Source of the DNA: Styela clava
Lineage: Eukaryota
DNA length: 64,000 nucleotides
Direction of reading: 5' to 3'
Assembly (NCBI RefSeq): GCF_964204865.1
Contig: NC_135264.1
Span: 10,044,001-10,108,000, forward strand
Shown: piece after piece, positions 1 to 10,246 of the stretch
How the letters are laid out: each line of letters starts with the position of its first letter
Position numbering within the stretch: the stretch's first letter is position 1
Notes under the pieces: model-generated
Told to the model about the DNA's origin: nothing
Databases searched by the model: none
The model's input: only the letters and a program-made list of their open reading frames with translations
Program-made: the position numbers and the translations under genes

Positions 1-80
1 ACACAAAGGGTACAAGTGTGCAATTTCAGTCCGTTGCCGTCCAAGCAAAATATGAAAACCAGATGTAATTAAAACTTTAC

Positions 81-209
81 CTCTGTATTTACACCAGAAA
101 ATATCTCCGAATCAGTCAGCCGCAGAAGTTCAACCATTTCTGCAGGAGTACTAACGTCTATTTTTTCTGTAATTTCATTGCTGCGTTCAGTGAAAGGAGT
201 GTTGTCCAT
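81..209 (-). CDS. GCKR: First coding exon of a glucokinase regulatory protein-like / MurQ-like SIS-domain protein; gene continues off the left edge
   Basis: ATG at 209, 43 codons MDNTPFTERSNEITEKIDVSTPAEMVELLRLTDSEIFSGVNTE, then GTAAAG donor at 80. Resembles the recalled GCKR N-terminal motif PITEKSNPLTQDLD...IVRLLGQCDAEIF. Only one exon is visible. Confidence 0.6.
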
Positions 210-1838
210 TTTGATTTAAACTACAATTCTGTCTAATACTGCAGTGTACTGAAAACGGCGTCGACTATCGAAGACGACTTAAGTTAATGGTTCACTTGTG
301 CATTCTAGTTGCGCAATCGCCCAATTATTCAAAGGTCGAAATAAACTTCGAAATTACAGTGCTGCTGACATTGGCAACTGTCGTCGATTTGGCCAAACGG
401 TGCGCAACGCATTTCATGTTATCCGGAGTCTTGAATAAATATAGAAAGAACAAACATTCTCTTTGAACTAACGGTGACATGGAGTCGGACAATCATAAAA
501 TTAGTTGAAAACAGACATCTAGTTCCTAGTGTAAACATGCGGTAGGGGCTAGGGGAACAAGTCCTATTTTTTGATTTCAAAATGTACCGAGATCCGCATT
601 CAAAACTTCACAATTATTTGGGTCCGGTGTTTTCAGAAATTATATTTCGGCATCCTCAAACACGCACTTCCTCGATCGGCTAATGATTATATATATCAGC
701 TAATCGAGATTGTATATTATGGTGTTATAGTTCTTTTCGTATATATTCAAAACAATAAAAGTCATTTTATAAAATGAAACTTTAAAAGTGAGGCTAATGA
801 TCCAAAATAAAGAATTAAGTGCGGTTCGAATCAAATACTCAAAAGGTCCGGATTCGGACCGCCAGTTGAGTGGCCCTGCTATACACAACAAATTTCGGAA
901 AAGGGAGATTTGGGTTTAGAAGTCCGCTAGGTTGACTTTTCCACCTCCATTCTCAAACTCAATTTTAAAAAACACGACTTTGCTTTATTATTGATACCCC
1001 ACAATAACCCTTATTAGTTTTAGCTTCGTTTTGTCCGCATCGGACTATTTTATACTTTACATACCTGTTATAGTTATAAAGGAGTCTAAACATGGCGATA
1101 TGCCAAATCCACCAATGAAGTTTTTTTTATCATTTTCAATCAAATATTATTTATAACCACATATTTGGTATAATCAAGATCAACACGAAACATTTTTGTG
1201 AACAAGACTAGTTTGACTGAAAACCAGATCGAATTGAACTGACCTGGTTCAAACCTGAAGCAAGATGCTATCGAAGTCTTTTCTGTTAAAACATTAACTT
1301 AATGAACACTGGTACAATTTGCTTGGCACAAAATATCACATTGAAAGTTGTGGAAACTATAGAAGTTTCCATCAAAACCCAAGCCTTTACTATTGAACAA
1401 GACATTTAAAAGGTTCTTCAGAGGGCTTTTATTAAGTTTCGGACATATATGCACAACAAACAGTTTTATAATCAATCAAATTAACCTATTATCAACACCA
1501 TATATACAACAGTAAGAACAAAATACGGACATGACTTAAAACACCCACAGTTTGACAAACTTTACAACAAAATCCATAAAAATTTGTAAGTTTCTCAAAT
1601 ACAGACGAAAAGGATGAAGTTATATTTATTAGGTACTTGTCCCATCTCGAGCTTATAATTAGAACTTGTTTTAAATGAATAATAATAATTAGGTTTGACA
1701 AATGGTTCACCGAATAAATAAAAACAATTAAACAAAAAAACACAAACAAAAGTTGGGGTCTCCCTCTCATGCCCATAAACATCAATTATGTACGGTATGT
1801 CCTGTTAAAAAGTAATGAGTGATGACTTCTGATAGAAC

Positions 1839-4800
1839 TTAATTAGTGAACATGAACTCGAGATCATAGGTAGACTGGTCAGGATGACAGGTCTTGACAA
1901 CTTGGTTAGTCAAATCTTGTTCCTGTAAAATAGAAGTTCATACAGAGTTTTATGTGATGACAGACACTTTTGACAAGATTAAAAATTAAATACTAAAAAA
2001 AATCAAGCAGGCTCCAAAGAACAACGACCATTTAGAATCAGGTAATTAGTCTAGGTTAAAATACCCAATCAGTTTTATCAGTCTAAAGAAGCCATAACCT
2101 TATGATTATTTGTGTCTGCCACAATAGGAGACTGGTAATGTTCTCATCTGAGTACTCCACAAAATTGCGACCTCATGAGTTGTATACTTCCAATGTTTTC
2201 ACATTCACTCCCCAATTTGCAACGTTGGAGAGTATGTTTTGAGCGCTTTGTAGAATGAAAAAACTCCTCAGTCTTATCCAAAATCGATTGTCCGTAAAAG
2301 TATTTTTGATGTGAGAATAAACAGATTACCTTGAAATTAATCACTCACACATACCTGAAGCTCTGAAACACGGAAAGTCAAGTTTGGAATTTTTTTGTTG
2401 CCACAAAGCTCATTCAATCGATCACTGAGAAATGAATGAACAAACATTATTCCATTACATGAAAAATTCATTGTTCATGCCAGACAAAGCAAACTTAATA
2501 CAAGCACCCCAAACTATACAGTATCGACAAATGCAATTGAAATTGGCTGGCTTGATTCTAACGTTATGTATCATCATTATTAAGTGAACGCATATGAATA
2601 CACAGATGCACAATATACAGAAATAAAGTGCAAAATCATTTCGCAAAAAATACAACGAGGATAAATGATGCCAGAGCAGGCATGATTAGATTGTGAAAAA
2701 TGGGCATAATAAATTAATCAATTAATCCTGATCGATTAGGAAATGAATCGAAAGCAAAACTCCTTTCCGGCACAGTATAAATGAGATTATAGTGTATTGA
2801 AAACCAAAGAAAACAACTTCCTATGAATATTAAAATATCATTAACATTTCTGAAAAAATAAGAGGAATTATGATGAATATTTATTTTGCTTAATCACTTG
2901 TTATTCAATCGAATGTTGTAAGATGAGTCAGATGACCTAATCAAATTTCATTAATTCAAAACATAGGGAATATTTGGAAAATGTTTACTCCCGATTCTAA
3001 ATAAAAAAGCAAGTCTCACAGGCTATCTTTACTGATCATGAAATAAATAGTGGAAGTTTTAAATCCATTAAAAGCTGATCCAGCTGCCACAGTGTATGCT
3101 CCCATATCTAAAGACAAAAATAACATGTTTATTAATATGGAGCCTCAAAAAATAACATGATTTAAATAGAATTTCATATGGTTTTCAAGAAGCCATATTA
3201 TAACGGCAATGCTGTTCAAAAATAAATTTATATATTCAAACACTTTACAAGTGTAAAATATCTTTACAAAATTATTATTGATTACCATAAATTGTGATTT
3301 CATACACAGATAAGAGTTTCAAAATATATGTTAAGATCTGAATTTAAAATAAATAAATGATATTTTAAAAACTATTGTATTCCCTGACACCGGCAGGAAT
3401 TTCAGGAATTTCTCAGACGTCAATACTATTACACACAGTGTTGCAATGCAACTTCACTTGAGGAACAATAACAAAGGAAATTCTTTATTTGATATGTAAC
3501 ATGGTGTAATGTTACCCTAAGGTACTGTACTAAACCATAAAAATATCCAGTAAAGTCCCCAGGACTATTTCTCTTTCTACATATCGTGATTATCATATGA
3601 TGACATGGCACATATTGAATTCATATCCTAGCACACATATTTACTTTATGGTCTATGTCAATTTGAAAACAAACATCCCATGACATATGAATGCGTACAA
3701 ACTAGTGTTTACGTAGTAGATACACAAGCAGGTAACAAACTGCAGGACAAAATTAACAGAATATTATACCATGTTATTCGCTCTAAACAAATTTTATTGC
3801 AATAAGTTGATTTATATTTATAAAGACCATTAAAAGGAAAAAATAAAATAAAATTGCAGGTTTGTTTTGGCTAAATGATGCATTTTCAATATTAATGGTT
3901 GTTAAATGGTTAGGAGATATTTTTTAATATAAGCTGAATTAGGTCATCTTCAGAAATTTGCACAAGTCAATTATCCTATGAAGACTGAATTTGATAATTT
4001 GGACATTGTTATTTTGTATATTCTACAGCCGGAAGTCGACGAAAATGTCAACTGCATTGATAACTTTCCAATTAAAAGTATTAGTCTCCTTCTGAAAATC
4101 AAGATTTAAAATATTAAACATAACTATATTCTAATCATTTTGAGCATGATGGTTCTCAGCTGAATTGCAATAACTTGCAAGCACAAAGAGGTTTAAAGGA
4201 AACTGACAAAAAGGAACATAACCTAATACTGACCTTTCCAAATGATCCAATCTCCGATATCTAGTTCAGGCAGATTACAGTTTTCAATAATTCGATCCAA
4301 TCCGTCACAGGTCGGCCCCCAAACACTTGAAGAAAATTCAAGTGCATTTTTCTCAGCAGTCTGTAAAACAAAAATAACAAGCTTATCTTATAAAAAAAAA
4401 TATTCAGCAGATCGAGACTACTCTCCTATACTTTCTAAAAATTTTTTTTAGTTGATTTTACTAAGTTTTTTAAACACTAACCTTCAGCAAAGTTGGTTTC
4501 ACTTCAGCATGGTCGTAGAACAGACAATTGAAAGATCCGTAGAGTCCGTCATTTAAGAAATACATGAACGCTGGTTCATCAGATCTATCAGCCAAAACAG
4601 CATTAAGAATGGCATCTGTGAGAAAGAGACAATGGTCATTGAATATCAGAATAGCCATTTATTCATTTTTACATACGATTACAATCAGTTTGTTGGCTTA
4701 ATACGATAATGGACATTTCCGCAAGCAGCAACTTCTGTGCATTGGTAAGGTATAGAAATAATTTTTCTTTGGTCTCAAGACTGAGAAAACATCCAATACA

Positions 4801-7800
4801 GCATCAGGTGTAATAATTCATTGAAACGACTTCTTACCAATTTGCCCAACTTCTTTATTACCGTAATATTATACTCCACGCGAGCCCGAATAAATATAAT
4901 TTAACTTTTTACTCAATTATTATCATAGAAATTATACCTGCTTCTAACTCAACATTGCAAATTTAGGAAAATTTATTGAAAAAAAAAAAATTAAATTGTC
5001 ATAAATGCAAACCTTTCGCTGCAGTTTCATCTTCATAAGTCTGTCTATCACGAGAAACTTTACGTTTCGCGATGACGTTGGTAGCGAGGGTGAATGCGGA
5101 GGCCGCAAAATAACGCCCAGGTTCCGCAATGATCTTCAGGTTCTCGAATTGAGGTACAGAGAAAAGATCACTCAAAGTAGCGTTCACAATGAGAGCAATC
5201 TAAAGGGATAAAGTCATCAAATCGAGATTAATCTAGGTTAATCTCCAGATTGATTACAGATTAACTCGATTGATACAAATGAAGAGCGATAATACGCTAT
5301 GGAAAGTGTCACCTTATCTGATTAATATACCAATATGATCTATAGTAGCAAGAGAATTATGAATACCGCTATCCATCAAAGAACACATTTGCTCTGAACG
5401 AGGCCCAAAACAAGCAAAGCTGAAATGTACTACTAATTTAACGACACCAATCTTTCCGTCGAGTAGTCGTGTCAAGTTCAATTTTCCCAACCAGCAGAAA
5501 ACCATCGGTTCCATTACATTCGAAATCATATACATTTGAACCCACGACAATTGCACCTGCATACTATTGCACCTACGGAAATTTTTTTTCACGGATATTT
5601 GAACTCATACTAACCCTAACCCATGGATTTTATCACCCTCATATAGATTCAACCCGTGGATATACGGGTGCAAATGTATGGGTTCAAATGTACGGTCACC
5701 AAAACAATCATATACAATATTGAAGAAAAGATAATCAGATATTTTTACTGTGGAAGGGAAGCCGCGGGGAAATGAAGTTGGTTATCGAGCAGCGACACCC
5801 AAGGTTCCACTATCTAATTTAAAAGATCGGTAATTTCATTTACGGACCTATTGGTATTGTCTGCGAGTACTGTATGGTTTTGCAAAATACATTACTAACA
5901 TATCTTACAAGGCATGGATGAAACCGGTAAAATTTTGGAACCCACAACCTTCATACTATTGCTACTATTACACATACTCCTTCAGCATAAATTCGGAACC
6001 TACCTCTTCTACAGGTAATTGTACATCATTAGTACCAGGAAATCCTCCGCCAATATCAAGCAAATTTATGTCGAAACCAATAGAAGAACCATAATCAAAG
6101 ACTCTACGAGCAAGCTGGAGTGCTTTCACAAATGCTGTTGGGTCTTGACATCCACTTCCAACATGAAAACTAAAGAAATATATGAATTTTGATAATTATT
6201 TTAGGAGGGTATAAAATGGCCGAAATTATTATATAGGCGAAACGGTTATCCATAATTTGCAAAATAAGGCAAAATTCGCAATATCAGTATTACTTAAACT
6301 GATATATACAACACCATAACAATGTCAGACCGCAAGTCAAGGTCAATTGAGACCACCACTTTATGTATTTTATATCTCCGCGATATATCACACTCCTTTT
6401 TTATATAGGCTACATATTACATCGCTAAATATTGATAACGAAAATTTTTATCCCGATAGGGGAAATATAAATATAAACGTAATTAAGGATGACAAATGCA
6501 GGAAATGAGACAACTCATCACTTAATAATCAATCAGCTTTATGATCAGATATGACAGCTTCCTACTCGACAGAGGCATAATCATGTGTTAGCTGGGATAT
6601 ATTTAGCAATATTGATAAATTTGAGTGGCATGAAATCACACAGTAAATTTGTAGGGTTATAAAAGACAGAATTTGGACTCCTTGGCTGAATTTCGGCCTA
6701 TTTTTAAATCAACAAGTTGAAATGAGAATATTAACAAAATAGATGAAGCAAAAAAAAAACACATTGAACCTTTCTGTTCAAGTATGTTAAGTTCAACTTA
6801 AATTTTTCTGGAAATACGGTAAAACTTGGCCTGGAAAATGCAGCAATTTATTATTCCTCTCATTCAAAATTTAATTATGAATAGAAAAATTCAGACGAAA
6901 ACAAATTTATGCAAAAACAATTTACAAGAAACTGTCGTTGCAAAGTTGCAAAAACTTGGTGGCAAACAGTCAAAAAACACAGTCACCAAGGCAATAAAAT
7001 GTTCCTATTTATCTATATCTTCACCTTGGAATTATATTCAAATGTTAAAGTGGTTTTCCTACCTGACGCCGATAAGATTCAATTCAAGTTTTTTAGCGGT
7101 ATCAACAAGCGCCTCACATGAATCTGCATGAGCACCATATTTCATACTGAATCGACAAATAGATGCAGAATCATCAGTCTGGATGCGTAGCACCAAACTA
7201 AAGAAGCAAAATTGTTATTAATAAAAGAATAGGGGAAAAAAAATAGGATCGTACAAATATGCTAACTTTTTTTTGATAATACTTACTTGGCATCCGGAAA
7301 CAGTTTTTTAATTTTGAAAAGTTCTATTTCGTTGTCGAAAACAAGGTCTGTGACGCCATTATCTCTCGCAAATTTTATGTGCGAGGATTGCTTGCATGGG
7401 TTCGCAAAGATGATTTTCTTCGGATCAGCATTGAGTTCAAGCATTTGTTTTATCTCAGCCTAAACAGAAAACAAAACGAAATTTATAAAATGAATAAAAA
7501 TTTCCAACTTTGCTACGATAGTCCTACCTTGCTTGCACAATCAAATCCCATTCCCATGGCGATCATACAGCGAAGCACAGGCTCACTCGGATTGCACTTT
7601 ATGGCATAAAATGGATGGATTCTGGGGAAGATTTTCTTCCACTTTATATGCTTATGAACAACATCTCCTATATCGCAAACGAAGAAGGCATCTTCTCCAT
7701 CCTGGAATACAGAAGATTGACAATCAAAGATCTGTTATTTTTCTACAGAATTTGCGTCTGTGACATATAGAAGCTGAAATACTCATAACTGTTGCAGCAA

Positions 7801-8273
7801 CGACAAGTACCGGTATATCATAAACAATCCCTATCTAGGTGTAAAAAGCGTTTCGATCTACAAAAAAATGCTATGTATGATCCAGGAAAAAAAAACATTT
7901 TAGAACTAATTTTGAATCCCTCATTTGAATTGGTATTTATACTCTCTAATGAATTTTAGAAAAACAGAAAAACTTTAATTATGTTTAGTGAGGTTCAAGT
8001 ATATGACAAACGTAAGTACGTACATACATACAATTACGTGATAAAAAAATAATTTACATAAAAGACAAAACACAACTTAAAATAGGAATACAAGCCAAAG
8101 GCTCATTAAAAAAATGTACAAGTGGTTGGACTTGTTGACAGCAACAAATAGTATTTAATTACCTCACGATTTGCACCAGCTTGGGATTTGACCTTTGACA
8201 CCTCCAAGGCATCCAAGTTGTCAATGACCTCAATCACAGTATTGGTATTACTATCGTTAATAAGTTGCTTCAT
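1839..8273 (-). CDS. ODC1: Ornithine decarboxylase, 11 coding exons, ~482 aa
   Basis: Exons (minus): 8273-8163, 7701-7528, 7459-7287, 7197-7063, 6169-6004, 5199-5013, 4615-4482, 4360-4234, 3107-3020, 2424-2355, 1922-1839. All GT-AG and phase-compatible, 1449 nt. Motifs: PFYAIKCN (PLP Lys), [57 protein letters not shown] (catalytic Cys-Asp), MGAYT, FNGF. The last two exons are supported only by splice signals and frame continuity. Confidence 0.95.
2136..2256 (-). ncRNA. Candidate intronic H/ACA-like RNA in the last ODC intron
   Basis: Stem ACUCUCCAA/UUGGGGAGU, H-like AUACAA (2185-2180), hairpin CUCAU...AUGAG, ACA (2141-2139) 15 nt from the upper stem. Folded by eye. Confidence 0.3.
3507..3641 (-). 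ncRNA. Candidate intronic box H/ACA snoRNA in ODC intron 4233-3108
   Basis: Hairpin - H box AGAGAA (3574-3569) - hairpin - ACA (3512-3510) + 3 nt. 3' hairpin: lower stem GUCCUGGGG/CCUUAGGGU, upper stem UACUGGA/UUUAGUA, pocket 15 nt from ACA. Folded by eye. Confidence 0.5.
5531..5700. mobile_element. Small inverted-repeat element (MITE/HINE-like) in an ODC intron
   Basis: TACATTTGAACCCA (5531-5544) and its exact complement TGGGTTCAAATGTA (5679-5692), extended by TTGCACC/GGTGCAA; internal TAACCCTAACCC. Confidence 0.6.
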
Positions 8274-8751
8274 TGTTATGTTATCAATGGCCAGTCTTGA
8301 TATGATGATATAGATGATTTTTTATCAACAGTGATGAGTATGAGAGGGAGACCACAAGATTTTCACCGCAAACTAAAGAGAAATGTCTAATTATGAAATA
8401 CCCATCCCAAAAGCAAATCATTTTGAGCTATTTTATCACTGACATATATAGATATTTTAATTTTAAAAAATTGCAACGAGTGGCGTATTCTTAAAACGAA
8501 TAAATTTTATTATATTGATCTTATGAAATTAGTCGAATAAATGATATCGTCTTCTGTCCTTCTATTTCTATTAATTTTTATTATTAAATTTTTATGCACA
8601 ATTGGTCGTAAGTTAAATAAGAAAGTACAGGTTAGAAAATTAGATCGTTTTTAATATTTTCGAACATCTCTAAATGTTGCAAAATGATTTTAAAATATAG
8701 ACTTACTTATAAAAACACCAATTTGCAGTGTATGAATGCGCCCGGCGTGTA

Positions 8752-10093
8752 CTAGCTGGGATCCCAGGGTGGTTCAAAGTTAAAGTCGAGCTGGCTACGG
8801 TAGAGACAAAGACCGCCTTCGATGGCAACGTACTTCCCAAAGGAAGGCTGAAAAAAAATTTTGTAAAACACTGCAATGACTAGAATAAAATCTCATTCCA
8901 ATGATTCAAATTAGTATGAATTGTTTATTTTAGTAATGTACCACAAGTATATGTTGCATGTGTTATTCCTAACCCCCACCTGACTATGCCATCCAAAAAT
9001 TATGCCACTACAACGTCACAGAGCTTGCCAAAGGGATGGCCAATACCGAATACAGGAATAGTTCCAACTTTTCGAATACATTCAAAATTATTATTTTCCA
9101 ATATGAAATATCGTATACCAGTATACATTTGAAAATAAAAAACAAGTTTTCCTTAGTGCTATAGTCAGAATCTCGGGTTTCATGTAGTTTCGTACCTAAC
9201 ATACCTCTAGCGGGCGTAGCATGACAATTTTCTCACGTATCAATCCTAACCCCAACCTGACTACACCATCCAAAAATTAGGTCAACACGACGTCACAGTG
9301 ACATAATAGAGCCCTTCAAACTATACGAACTGCCATCCAAGACGCGCAAACAAGCACCGGAAATCAAACAGTTATTTCTCTCGTTTTCTCGTCGCAACGA
9401 TTCCAATAGGAGAGAGATCGATAACGTCAGTTAGTTCTTTATCGACAGCGCCAATGCCATTTCGGGCGATTGTACATATATTTGGCAAGCTCTATGACGT
9501 GATTGTGATGTCGTAGCGACGTAATTTTTGAATTGCGTAGTCATATGGGGGTTAGAATTGACATATCGAAAAATTGTTATGCTACGCCCACTAGAACTAT
9601 GTTAGGTACGAAACTACACCCAGAATCTCCATATCTCGGTAAACTCAAAAAATGATCGAATAAGGCAATTTTTATATTCTTAAATTATCTAAATAATATT
9701 TATTGTCATAATGCTGTAATGTATGATCAATGCCAGAATTCTGAATATTTGAATACAAATGTATTTCTGTATTTAAACAAATCTTCTGATCTTTAGCAAA
9801 TAATCAATATTCAGATATTGCGCAAAACTACTTACTGACTTTATTAGTTCAGCAGTAAATGCTTAGAATGGGCTGTGTCAGTGTGAATCATTAATATTAC
9901 ATATAGATCTATAAAGACAGTAACGTTAGGCCCAATCTGTTAATGCCAATAGCTGGAAGAAAACTGTTTTAATCTGGAAAACAGTACTGCAGTACGGTAC
10001 TGGTATCGGTTAAAACGTTCAAATTTAAAATTCACTTACCAATTCCAGCGACCCCCTGGATGGTAACACGGTAATTTCTTTAAACGACGGAAT
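8752..10093 (-). CDS. AUU-initiated upstream conserved coding region (uCC) of the ODC mRNA, 49 aa, split over two leader exons (10093-10040 and 8847-8752)
   Basis: AAA-ATT-CCG start context; phase-0 intron (GTAAGT at 10039, TTTTTTTTCAG ending 8848). Peptide (M)PSFKEITVLPSRGSLEL|PSFGKYVAIEGGLCLYRSQLDFNFEPPWDPS* carries the PPW and PS-stop motifs of the AZIN1/ODC uCC family. Confidence 0.9.
8938..9034. repeat. Partial copy of the MITE family seen at 9175-9621 and 55425-55734
   Basis: Shares CCTAACCCC(C)ACCTGACTA...CATCC.AAAATTA...ACGTCAC...AGAGCTTGCCAAAG with 55480-55558. Confidence 0.6.
9175..9621. mobile_element. Non-autonomous DNA transposon (MITE) with ~130-bp imperfect TIRs and an 8(-9)-bp TSD
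   Basis: TGTAGTTTCGTACCTAACAT (9183-9202) / ATGTTAGGTACGAAACTACA (9599-9618); GGG...CCC termini; AGAATCTC duplicated at 9167-9174 and 9622-9629. Confidence 0.85.
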
Positions 10094-10170
10094 TTTGAAA
10101 GCTTTCAAATTCCGAAAAAGTAGAAAACACGATCGACATCGAAATAACGCGAAAAGGATCGCGCGAGCAG

Positions 10171-10246
10171 CTGAAAAGGGAATGGCGAAATCTTTTGGTG
10201 AAAGACCTTATGTACGACGCGGTGGCGCTGTTGGATAATGACGTCA
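10171..10246 (-). promoter_or_regulatory. ODC promoter/5' end: CRE palindrome TGACGTCA (10239-10246) and pyrimidine tract CCATTCCCTTTTCAG (TCT-type start or SL trans-splice acceptor)
   Basis: Motifs seen directly in a CpG-richer patch just upstream of leader exon 1; function inferred. Confidence 0.4.

Larger units (their letters stand above)
8274..10170 (-). other. ODC 5' leader: exon 1 (~10170-10040), exon 2 (8847-8707), exon 3 from ~8386 to the ATG at 8273
   Basis: GTAAGT donors at 10039 and 8706; acceptors at 8848 and ~8387 (a nearby downstream AG is an alternative). No ATG between the uCC stop and the main ATG. Confidence 0.7.

Noticed and set aside
3548-3566. AAAGTCCCCAGGAC on the plus strand resembles the RNase MRP P4 5' motif
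   Set aside because: No partner GGGGCT/P4 3' strand downstream; better explained as the antisense of the H/ACA hairpin.
4688-4845. 9-bp stem ATTGGTAAG/CTTACCAAT followed by ACAGAA and a later ACA in an ODC intron
   Set aside because: Hairpin sizes and pocket-to-ACA spacing (~8 nt) are non-canonical; not supportable by eye.
5219-5272. AATCGAGATTAATCT...AGATTAACTCGATT short palindrome
   Set aside because: Looks like a degenerate GATTAATC-type repeat fragment; no functional evidence.
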